Part shown: positions 48,001 through 60,000 of the stretch, piece after piece
Position numbering within the stretch: the first letter of the stretch is position 1
How the letters are laid out: every line of letters starts with the position of its first letter
Assembly (NCBI GenBank): GCA_964035545.1
Contig: OZ037772.1
Coordinates: 8,106,889-8,170,888 of the forward strand
Reading direction: 5' to 3'
Source: Bugula neritina
Lineage: Eukaryota > Animalia > Bryozoa
Length of the DNA: 64,000 nt
The notes under the pieces: generated by a model
Database searches by the model: none
What the model was told of the DNA's origin: nothing
Seen by the model: the letters and a program-made list of their open reading frames with translations, nothing else
Made by a program: the position numbers and the translations under genes

Positions 48001-48528
48001 TTCTTCTCTTGAATTGTGGTTATAGTAACAACTTAGCTTAGAATTTGTCCTTAGGATTTTTGATACAGCACTTTTACAGAATTAATAAAGGGTTATTAGC
48101 AGCTATAGTTTTTATAAGCATGCGCCCAGGCTAAAAAAACTACTATTGGGGTCGTTAAAATACAAAGAACATTGACACCAATGAGGTGTGGATATCAACA
48201 TTGACCGACACAGATCAAACCTGGGATTTCCGGTGAAAGGTTGAGTACAGACGGATCGACTACGCATTAATAGGGCCATATTTTCGTATTGTTCATGTGG
48301 TAAAAAATCTAACTATAGTGATTACCTATTGAAGGCGCACTTCTGCTTAGGCGATAGTGCTAAAAGTTGCATTTGGGTCGAGTTGGACCTTTACTACCTG
48401 ACTTATTATAATTCGAGAGAAAAACTACTTGACTGAAACTTCTATCAGTAATTGATTCCATTTTGAGTTTGGAGTAGTTCGTCCAAAAGTAAATTTAAAG
48501 TCGGTATCAGTCAATATAAATTTCAGAA

Positions 48529-51500
48529 ATGGTTCTTTCTGATACGCTATTAATTGTTGGCATATCAACATGTACAGCTCTTCTTGGAGAAGGTTAGACT
48601 TAGTGCTACTACTACTAGTAGTAGTAATACTAGTAGTACTACTACTACTGTACTAGTAGTAGAAGTAGTACTTGTACTAGTACTACTACTACAGTACTAG
48701 TACTATTAGTACTAGTACTAGGAGTAGTAGTAGTACTACTACTACTAGTACTAGTACTGAAGCTCAAGTTGAAGTTAAAATAAGAAGTACTACTACTACT
48801 ACTACTACTAGTACTACTACTAAATCATCACCTTAAGGTACTTAACCTACAGATCATGAAGCCTGTGCTTTTACTACTTACTGCTTTATAGTGTTGGGCC
48901 ACATATGACCACAATAAACTAGTAGTAGTAGTACTTCTTATTTTAACTTCAACTGACTGTGATGATGAATTATGATATCGATTGATGGTTCAGAGTTAAG
49001 TTATGAATAAAAAAACTAGGGTTGAGTCAATTCAAGCAATGTTGAAGTTATGTTGTGTTTATCTTTTATCAAATAGCATTTAATTTTAGTTTTAGCAATT
49101 GAACAATTTGAAGCTTTAATTTGAGTTGATTAATCAAACAGGCTAAGTCAACATTATAAAAACTGTTTGACCAAGTCATTAAGCACTTTAGTTGACATGA
49201 CTTGCAACTAGCTATGACTAAAATGTATCTTAGACTTAAATCTTTGAATAATTTCATAACTATGCTAAATGAATTATTTTCTATAGGTTTAACTTGGCTG
49301 CTAGTTTACAGAACTGAAAACTACCAGAGACTAAAGAATGAGGTGGAAAAGCAGACAAAAAAATGTAAGTCTACATATATAGTAAAAAAGCTCATGTAAG
49401 TTTATAGTCGTCATTCCTGTGAAAAACCCCTGATGGAAAGGTTTTGTTGAATCAGGCTAAGGGTTTATTCAGATGTGGCACAAGGGCAATTATGACTGGA
49501 TGCTCTTCTTAACATCACCAATGGCCTTTTTCGGGGCTCGAACCCGTGACTTTGTGCTTACTAGGCAAACGCTCTAACCCCTAGAGTCTAGACCACAGCT
49601 ACTCCCCACACATATAGTAACAATATATAGTAACAACTGCGCTTGAAATAACCAAGTTTCTGGCTAAATACGACTAAGTCCTCAAGTATATGTTCATTCA
49701 CAATGACATGTCTACATTCCAGGGAGCCCTTCGGTGACACATGAAACTTGAATGTCATGACTTGATAATGCTTCTTTATTTATGTATCGAATAAGTAAAA
49801 TGGAAACAAGAATATACTTTTTAAAAGTTTTCAGGTTTATGTGTCAGTTGCTCAATCATAGAAAATGATACTCAACCTGTCTATCTTTTATGTAAAATAT
49901 TGTATAAAATTTGGAGTTGTCAAACCTGTGGTTTATAAATCCTGAAGTATATAAATCCTGGGGTGTGTGTAGAGCGTAAGGTGTGCTGTTTTGTCTTTAC
50001 TTGCCAAGGCAAATGTATGTTTACTTCAAGTCATTATGATATTCAAAGACTACTGTATCTAATACGCAATTCAAGACTTACAGTATTTAATACACAACTC
50101 AAGGGTTACTATATCTCATACACAATTCAAGGGTTACTGTATTTAATACACAATTCAAGACTTAGCGTATTTAATACATTGTAGTATTTTTATTATTGTG
50201 TTCCCCTGTTGTTGTAGTAGAGAAGCAGAAGGCCACTATAAGTGATACTGGAAAAAGTGCAAAGAAGAAAATTGGTAAATTTATTTTACACCTTAGATTT
50301 AATTATTGTACTGTGTAGCAGTATATCTAAGAAACCATACACTACTAATAGCTAGTAGATTGTGAAGTAAAAAGAAAACTAGATTGTTCTTTAAGTCATA
50401 GTCGACTATTGAACAATAATTCTGACAAAATGGCTACTAAAGAAGCAACTTCCTTTTTAATTGAAGCGGCATACATGTCATAATATGGTAGCTTCTTATA
50501 CTGTAAGCTCCTCCCACTTATTGTACAATAAGTGGGAGGATATATAGATACATATCTATATAAATACTGTGTTTTATATGATAAATATTTACCCCAGTAA
50601 CTGATACACATTTTTATAGATACTCACACATTATTACAAATTTCGACTATGCAAATAAGTCATACCAAATCAAGCCATTCAGACAATAAATTCCACTTAG
50701 CCTAAGTTTTTTACCCATTATGGGCGATGTTACACTCTCCGCTGTTTTGTTACAGACAGGCAAGAAGAAAGACTAAAAAATGACAGCCGGGATCTTAACA
50801 TGACGAAGATGAAATCAATGTTTGCTATTAGTTTTGTGTTTATGGCATTGCTCAGCGTGTTTAACTCAATATTTGACGGGCGTGTCGTGGCAACTCTTCC
50901 ATTTGTTCCATTTTCTCTTCTGCAAAACCTCAGTCATCGAAACTTGGCAGGAAATGATTACACGGACTGTTCATTCATCTTCCTCTACATTCTGTGCACG
51001 ATGAGCATACGTCAGGTTAGTTACATATCTCCACGTTCTATTGTCTGTCTGTCCGTCTGTTCAGTGATGAGAGTGACTCTTGGCTTTCTACATAAGCCAG
51101 AGGTCAGTAGGTCATGCTGACTATATCTTCTTGTTAGTTTGAAAGGTCTACAAGGAGGTAGCTTTTCATCTCAGATTGCCTGGGTATGGGTATAGCCTTA
51201 AATGTTATTTCAACTTATATATACCATTTATATAATAGATAATTTATATAATGTATAGTTTATATAATATATAATTTATAATTTATTATATAATTTGTAT
51301 AATATATAATTTATATATTATATAATTCATATAATTTATATAATAGATAATTTATATAATATATAATTTATATAATATATAATTTATATAATAGATAATT
51401 TGTATAATAAATAATTTGTATAATATATAATTTATATAATAGATAATTTATATAATAGATAATTTATATAATATATAATTTATATAATATATAATTTATA

Positions 51501-51712
51501 TAATAGATAATTTATATAATATATAATATATAGCACCTGACTTCCTATTATCGTTTTTAATATATACATTCTATTCAGTTTAATGGTGGTAGCATGCCAA
51601 TGATTTGATGTTTCCTTTATTTCAGAATATACAGAAATTATTGGGATTTGCTCCATCTCGTGCTACTGCTGGACAAAACTCTTTCTTTCCCACTCCTCCT
51701 GAGTACAAATAG
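48529..51712 (+). CDS. TMCO1: Calcium load-activated calcium channel TMCO1. Exons: 48529-48592, 49287-49364, 50218-50274, 50756-51015, 51626-51712
   Basis: DTLLIVGISTCTALLGEGLTWLLVYRTE, KMKSMFA, FDGRVVATLPFVP, SHRNLAGNDYTDCSFIFLYILCTMSIRQNIQKLLGFAPSR. Confidence 0.96.
48767..48954. repeat. About 35-bp inverted repeat within the TAC/TAG tract of TMCO1 intron 1
   Basis: AGTTGAAGTTAAAATAAGAAGTACTACTACTA versus TAGTAGTAGTACTTCTTATTTTAACTTCAACT. Confidence 0.85.
49388..49607 (-). mobile_element. tRNA-derived SINE
   Basis: Full-length family match, flanked by ATATAGTAA direct repeats. Confidence 0.9.
51225..51530. repeat. AT-rich 17-bp tandem repeat (ATATAATTTATATAATA)
   Basis: Directly visible in TMCO1 intron 4. 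Confidence 0.9.
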
Positions 51713-52172
51713 AACTCAGCTTGGAACATGTTGAATTTATTAGTGAAATAAGATATATTTGTAAAAAATAGTCAGTATAGTTTGATCAATTTTAATTATT
51801 TCTGTTTGTACAATTGTATTTGCATAAAATAGCATTTTTGTGTCTATTAATTTTCATTTTTCTGTAATATAAGTGATTTTTACTATTGCCTGTTAACAAT
51901 TGTTAATATAAATATAATGCTTTGCAACATGCCACACACCAATAATGTGCGTTTTGTGGTAATTTTGACACTAATTAGAAGTTATTATACCTCAACTTGG
52001 TGTGTCTCGAGAGAACATAACTCAACAACGCTTATGTTCTCAACCGGAAGCAATATGACAGGATATAAGTAAGTCACATGATATCAACAAAGTGCAAAGA
52101 AGTGACTTGCTATTGGAAGTGTCATCAATAGAGGTGCTAAGTAAGGCATTATTCCTTTATTTTGAATTTAAA

Positions 52173-53928
52173 ATGGCAAGTAACAGTCAAGGAATACAGC
52201 AATTGCTTGCAGCGGAAAAGGCTGCTGCTGAAAAAGTAGGAGCTGCTAGAAAAGGTGTGTTGATCCATGTAATTTAAGAAATATCAAATAGGCAGTGTGA
52301 GTCACTGAGTGTCACACTCACTGTTAGACTCAGACTGAGAGTGAGTGCGAGTGCGAGACTGACTCTGAGAGTGAGTGTGATCCAAATTAAAGCTTCAACT
52401 GAATATGGTGATGTTTGATTGTTTCTTTTGGCGTTAGTCGTTAACCTTACTGTTGAGAATGATATTAAAGAAAAGTTAGGTAAGATTAAAAGTGATTAGC
52501 CTTAGCCTTAGATTAAAAGTGATAAACAAAGTACAATATTTATTAAAATTGATTTTTATTTTATGGTAAAACTAAAAAACCGATTCATTGTAATTGTGTT
52601 GCCCTTGCTGGTTATAACATTTAATTTCATTATGATAATCATATTTGTCATTTGTTAAACTTAACGTTATCGGTTGATATTTACTTGATACTTGTCATTG
52701 ATATTTATATTCATATTGTTAATATTTTTATCGGCGTAAAATCATATTCATAATCATAATGATTATAGGTGATAGTAATTTGAAACATACTAATAGTAAT
52801 TTCATATTGCATAGCTTCTCTATTTCAGATTGATCGTTAAATTTACTCCTTAAATTATAATTTCTTACTGGCATAAGCCATTTTATAACAATACCATCCA
52901 TATCATCGTGTTTTTTCACAATCTAGCAAGTAATGCATTAAAAAGTTTAAAGAATGTTGCACCAGTAGCCTCTATCAGACCTATTAGCAGTAATGGGCGA
53001 CATAATTTTAATGATATGATCATTTTGATTTTTAAATATGTTTTTTTTGGAATCAGGTAGATATGATTATGTGTAAAAATTATAAAATATTTTTTTTTTC
53101 AAACGCAGTTTGTCTATAAATGTCAGATTTTTTTAATAAAATCCTTTGACCAAGCTGACTATTGTTAGTGTACTATTATATAGACTATTATAATTACGTG
53201 GATCTTGTTTATTAGTATAAAGGTCTTCTTAATTACCATTATCAATGTAGAGTTCACTTTGATTAATAATATCAATATATTATTCTGTCCAAAAGGAAAG
53301 GCACGAAGACTTAAACAAGCCAAAGAAGAGGCACAGGCTGAAATAGATGCTTACAGGAAAGAAAGGGAAACCAATTTTAAGAAATATGAAAACCAGGTGC
53401 CTGTACATTATGTTAATAAAAATATCTTTTCAGTGCTTGAAATGTAGTTAAATTGTAATATAATAATTTCGACACTTGTCACTCTACGTGGCATAAGTGC
53501 TTGCTAGTGTAACCGACACATGTCGCTCTGTGAGTGTAAATGCTTGCTAGAATGACAGATGACACGCGTCACTCTGTTTTGAACAGGTGCTTACTATTAT
53601 AGCTGGCACATGTCACTATGTTATACAGACACTTGGTAGTATAGATGACACATGTCGTTCTGTTCTTTACAGACACTTGGTAATATAGCTGGCCCATGTC
53701 TTTCTATGTTGTACAGGTACTTGGTAATATAGATGACACATTTCATTCTATGTTGTACAGGTACTTGGTAGTAAGGATGATATGGCTATAAGCATTGATA
53801 AAGAAACAGCACAGCAGATTGTAAATATTGGCCACAGAGTGAATGAGAAACGGGAGGAGGCTTTGCAAAGGCTACTAGATGTTGTATATAATATAGAGGG
53901 TGCTGTGCATACGAACCTACAAGTGTGA
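52173..53928 (+). CDS. ATP6V1G: V-type proton ATPase subunit G. Exons: 52173-52254, 53296-53396, 53761-53928
   Basis: [52 protein letters not shown]...VHTNLQV*. Confidence 0.96.
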
Positions 53929-56900
53929 GTATACATGTGACCTAAGGCTACAATTGTAAAACTAATTCTCCATTCTTACAGTTTAAAAAAACTTGGATTA
54001 TCCGGCGGCCTTTATTCTATCTAGTTGTCTCTTCACTTGATTTACTTTTGCTCTTGGACATTGTCTAAGCCAGTAGCAAGTCGTGCATTTTTATTTTCTC
54101 CATAATTGATTTGTTTAATTATCAAATATGTTATATATATATTTATTATAAGATAAAACCTTAAATTTTAAATTTACTTATAATTTTAGGGATCAAAAAT
54201 ATTCTTTTTCCTATCATCCAATATGTTTTATTACACCATAATTTCATTCTAGACCAGATAATTGTATATTCTACGACATTTTTTGGTTTTTAAATTTGTT
54301 TTTCCTTTTAGAAATGGCGTATGAGGAGTCTTTCACCATACAACGAGTGTTAGCCAACTGTCGGCATTTGATTGGACTACAATTCGTAGGCATTTTCATG
54401 ACTTGCCAATAGTCAAAGAGCCCACCATACATTTCGATCAATGTTGCAATAATGTTGTCTTATTTACTATATATTATATTTACATATTTTCTTGTTTATA
54501 ACAATAAAAATATTTTACTAGTATAAAGCTAAAATTAGTTGTTTTATTGCAGCATAGCTTAGAATTATAAGGTTTTTTATTTTAATTCCTCTAACATCAA
54601 AACAGTTTCACAGCAATTTAAATTCACAAATTTTTTAGTAATAAGACCGGTAATAAATAAAAAAGTAATGATTAGGCTGAAACTATAATAATGAAGCTAA
54701 TTTTAGACTGTCTGTTAGCTTTGCCTTTAAATCGAGTCTCAAGTTTAAAATAAGTTTGTGTGAGTTGGATTGTAATTTGACTGATTCAACTAGTAATGAA
54801 TTTGAGGCAAATAGCCCAACTTTGCAGTTATCTTCTCTCAGTAATTGAAGATGTCAGGAGCACACAATTCTGAATGTATTGTTGCTCGACTGCTTTCTGT
54901 CCGGCTGCACTACCGCGTGACCACATTTCGTACTCTTCTGCCAGTTGTGGTGATGTGCTTTCATGGTGCAAGTTTGTAAATTATCTCTCTCGGCTTGATA
55001 TCAAGTTTCTGGAGCAGCGAAATGCTATCCTGGTTTTTTAACGTCGAATAGTTTTCCTGCAGAGAAACCACTTCTGACATGATTAGTGAACTGCGTGAGC
55101 CTGAAGATATTATTGGCATGCCAATCAGTATCACTCACATTGATATTGTCATTGTGATTAAGTTTAAAGTCTTGCAGGTAGCACTTTTCTTAACACTGTC
55201 AGTGCTGTGTGTAAGCTGTTATCTACTGCTGAATGAACTAGTAGGTTCTAAACAAAAAAAAGGCTGGATTATGGAATTCCTCACAAGGTGAGAACTATTA
55301 GCATAAATTGAAATAATATTGCTATAATGTTACAATAAGTGAATAACTTTATTTCTAGTTGAAATAACTAGCAAAATGAAAATGTAAACACAACTATAAC
55401 TGGCTGTTTACTGTCAAATGTCGGGTGATGCTGCAAATCTGACTGGTATCATGGCAACTTTAGTTACCCTACATATAAACATGTTTTAGTAAAAGTAATT
55501 AAAACTTCAACACCTTTATTAATTATTGAATTAATAAAATTTTAGTAGAGAGTCATCATAATTATTGTCAATGTAATTAAAACAATCATATTTACTATCG
55601 TTTTCTCTGTGGAGTTGATTATATATAGTATAGTATTATATATGTAGCATATTCTAACTTCATTTTGGTGCACATTTATAGAATAACTTGCACGGAACAA
55701 TAAAAATTGTATTTAATTTCTGCTATTCATTGTAGCTGTGAATGTAAAATGAGCGGTCAAGTTTACTACCAATTGTTTGCTTTTTGTAGTCAGCTGTTGG
55801 TGCATTAGCAACTAGCAAAGAGTTTTACTTAATCTAGCATAGTAAACCAAGTAAGCAAAGGTACATATGTGCAAATAGTATTACATTTGCAACAATTCTA
55901 AAAGCCCCAGTGTTTTTAATTTTTCGACTTCTATTTATTTATCTGTTCAGTACATTTTTCAAAACATAACAGATAACTTGTAAATTTTTTGAAGTAAATG
56001 TAAAATTGCATTAAAAACTCTCTTTTAGGTAAAATTATTTATCAATTTTAGAATGTCTTGCTTGTTTCTATGAAATTTATGATTTGTTGAAGATTACTGG
56101 CAGATACTTAGTTGACAGCTGATTTCAGGAGGCTGTTTATTTTGAATATTAAATGTTTACATATAAAAAAAGTTGAAGATAGGTCAGGCAAAGTGATTTG
56201 TTTCAACACTAGGTGCTGAAAATTATTTGAAATAGAATTCTAAAAAGGGAATTAAACCTGATAAATACTACAGTTAATATATAAATGTTATTATATAACA
56301 GCTGCAGCTGGGCCATGCTGTTGTGTTGCATCTGTTGTTGCTTTGTTTTCTTTTTTCCCACTCAGCTAATTCTTATTCCAGTATCCCAATATGCAACATC
56401 TTTAATGCTAACTTGGCATTTTTAGCTCACAGTCTATACTCTATGATCTATACGATGAAAGTGAATAAACCATTAAAGCCTGCAACAGAGTTGGAAAAAA
56501 TCGGGGTTAAGAACTTCACAGTTGTTCAGCAATTACAAGACAGTGGAGGCTATAATTGATGTTAGGCAGTTACAGCACAACACAAACTTTAATCACATTG
56601 TAAACTACCTTAGTGCCATCTCAATGACTTCCTTTACCAAACAGCAGCCAAATATGGTTAGCCAATCAGAGATTATAGATTTGCTTGACATATTACTAGC
56701 AATGTCTGGCATCGGTATCTTCAATCAATGGGTCTGTAGGCAATGCTGTCTTCGTCTAGCCAGATCTATGTATGAAACAATTCTCCATTGACAAGTCTAT
56801 AATTATTGTTTTATTAAAAGTTATATATACTATCATAAACACAAAAAATTTCTGTCAACAATGCTTATTTCAATTGCATTCATTAGTTTTTCTTCAAACA

Positions 56901-57057
56901 GTGTATTGTTGTGCATGCCACCCTACCACAGCCTCTACTGATTAAAGGGGTATACGACCACTAGGATTATACTGAAGACATCAGGGTGTTGCAAAAGGAC
57001 TACTAACTACTAATATTCAGATGTGGTGTGAATGAGAAAGATGGAGTTCTAGAACAT

Positions 57058-60000
57058 ATGATGAGACTGACTATACTTGTGGCTACTCTGCTTTATACTT
57101 TTCATACAGGTATAATATATGTTGTACAATGCTTATATGTTACATAATAATAATTATGTACATGGTGTTAAATATTATATCCTGGCAGTAATGTATTGGT
57201 GTAGGGCCAACGAGCGTGACGTGCGAGAAATCCCATTTAGCCCAAAAATTGGACATTGCGTGCGGATTTTCAAGCGTCTAACATGCTGAGCGAGAAATGC
57301 TACACGCATGTGCAATACAGTTTGATCTAATTGGCTCATTACCATGTAATATTTAGCGAGCACATTTTTTAATTTTAATTTACGATTTAACTTCTAGCGA
57401 GCTGAATTAAAACAGGTTTATATAGTTTGCATTTCCGCTTTTATAATATCCAAATCCGATGACGTAGTTAAAAAACAAACGTCTGTAGGCGAGCAGTAAA
57501 GTTTAACGCTAACATCATTGGCTAATAATTTTTTGCACTCGCAACACATGCACTGTGTGTGGCAGGTCACTAGCGTGTATTCTAATGGAATTTCTCGCAC
57601 ATCATAAATACATACATCTATACATATACAATTATATAACTTACTTTGATAGTAATGTACTTTTATTAATAATAATATAATTATTAAATTTAATAATTAT
57701 ATTAATATGTTATGTAAATACATACCTTGACAATGATGTATTATTAAATGTTGATATTAAAATTTAACCAGTATTAAACTTTATTCGTTATTTGTATAGT
57801 ACAAATATGTATTTTGTATGTAGTTCACAGTCTCTAGCTGTGGTTTTCAGAATCTATAGACATGGTAGACATGGTTTGGTTGTCCAACTGCCAACCATGT
57901 ATACCTTTCTTTGCATTTACTCCTAAATTTTAGTGAAATTTCTAATAGTTGTAAAAAAGCAATCATCGGTAAAAGTACAAAATATAGTTTTTATAATCTA
58001 GTAATGTTATATAATTATATTGATAAGCTTCTGGCCAAAATATTGGCTTTGATGTAAGAAGAGAGCTGCAGAGGAGTAATGTCTAGTCATATCATTCTTT
58101 ATGATTAGGAGTTATGCTCTTTCTGAGAGTTCAGTAGCACCATGGCTAGTGACCGGGTGAAGTAGGCTACGATATAACATGTTAATGCATGTACAGAGAA
58201 ATGACATCACTTCCATCTGTATTCTCGCTATGAAATGTATGCATAGAGAAATTTTCTACTCTGACAACTTTTCTTTAGATCACGCAACATTTTATTAGAA
58301 TCTTGGAATTCTATGAGTGAATATTTTCATTGCTGCTTTGTAAAAAACAGCAGCTTTAAAATCGTGCCTTATGAGTCACATTCTATAAGTAAAAATGACT
58401 CACAGCTTTTTCTTAATAATTTCGGGAATATTGTAGGTACTGAGGCTACACCTGTGACTATAGGAGAGGCCTGTGATTATGGTAAGTCGTACTCTCACTT
58501 TTAGCTTGTGTTCCCTAAGTTTTGACAACAGATTACTGCCATTAAAAAGTTGCTTATGGGCCATGTTTATACAACTATTATTAATGGAGGGGAAAGAAGA
58601 GGGGCATTTCACCCTCCCTATAAGCTTGTCATTTCTCAACAGTCTTTCCTGTGGCAAAATCTGTAAACATTCAAGATTATAAAAATGAGAGTTGTGTGCT
58701 CAACATTTCGGCATGAGCTGTTTTTAAAACAAAGTTGTTTATCAGGTCATGTAAATTTATTTTTAAAACAGAATACTACTGATTTTATATTAGGAGTGTC
58801 TGTTTTAGGCGAATACTAGTGATCATATCTTCTCAACCAGATGTTTAATATTGATGTATATACTAGTTACTGCTGTGTTGTACATAGCATCACTATATTT
58901 CAACTTCCTGCTGTAGATGCTCAATGTGGGACAGGAAGTGAGTGTGTAGCAGGGGTTTGTGGGTACAGATGTGACACAACTGCGGACTGTGGTGACGACA
59001 CCTCATATAGATGTGAGTATCAGCAGTGCGTCAAGCTATGTACCAGCAAGGACGAGTGTGCCAGTCACCAGGTCTGTGAAGACAATTTCTGCACTATTCG
59101 GTGTCAGGTGAGCAGATAATTCTTTATGTTTTAGTGCAGAGTGACTCAACATTGAATAGCCTTATGCCATCAGAAAGTCATAGTTATGTGTCTATTTAAT
59201 GTCTTTCATTATTTACACACTCTAACAGCTGGTGTTTAGATCTCTAGCAGTTCACCAATTCATTATATCTACATTTAATAAGCTCACGCAAGTTTATTGT
59301 CACCATCCTTGTGAGAAACCTTAATGGAAAGGGTTTTTTTTAAGTGGGGCTAAGGACTTATTTAAATGAGGCACAGGAGCAATTATGACTGGATGCTCTT
59401 CCTAACATCACCAATGGCCTTTGTCTGGGTTTGAACCCATGACTTCATGTTGACTATAGGCAAACGCTCTAACCCCTGGACCGCGGCTGCTCCCTGATAT
59501 CTACATTTAGTAACATTCACGTTTATATTGTTTTTAGTGTTTATTGTCTTCAGCATTTAGTACTTCAACATTTAGTGACTTTAGCATAAATTTTAATGAT
59601 GTTAGCATTTAGTGACTTCAGCGTTTAGTAATAATTTAGCATGAAATTTAATGATTTTAGCATTTAGTGTTTTTAGCGTTTATAGTGACTGTACTTACAT
59701 ACTTTTAGTGGTGCTAATTGTTATGACTTTAGGACAAATCAGGCTGCCCGTGCTCAGGGCTGCGCAACTCTATCTGCTATAACAACGTGTGTGTGAGACG
59801 GTGCAGCGATACTTCAGACTGCCCAACTGGTGTTCAGTGCTTGCAGGGAGTCTGTAGGGAGAAGTCGGCTTGTACGGGAGATGGGGACTGCCCCTATGAC
59901 ACCTCGTGAGTACACCTAACACCTGTCAACAATTGTGAGCAAGTGCTTGTTAGAATATAGGTCGAAGTATATGAACAGTGTGTTGCTATGGATACAGGTG

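Noticed and set aside
47950-48010. Possible C/D box snoRNA
   Set aside because: A D-box-like CTGA is present but there is no convincing terminal C box or stem
51713-52172. Operon-like or trans-spliced arrangement of TMCO1 and V-ATPase G (460-bp gap)
   Set aside because: The gap contains its own promoter-type motifs (CCGGAAG, M-box), and nothing in the sequence shows polycistronic transcription
59978-59997. ORF-track start MCCYGYR as part of the Cys-rich protein
   Set aside because: Phase of the upstream exon requires the acceptor at 59997; these codons are intronic
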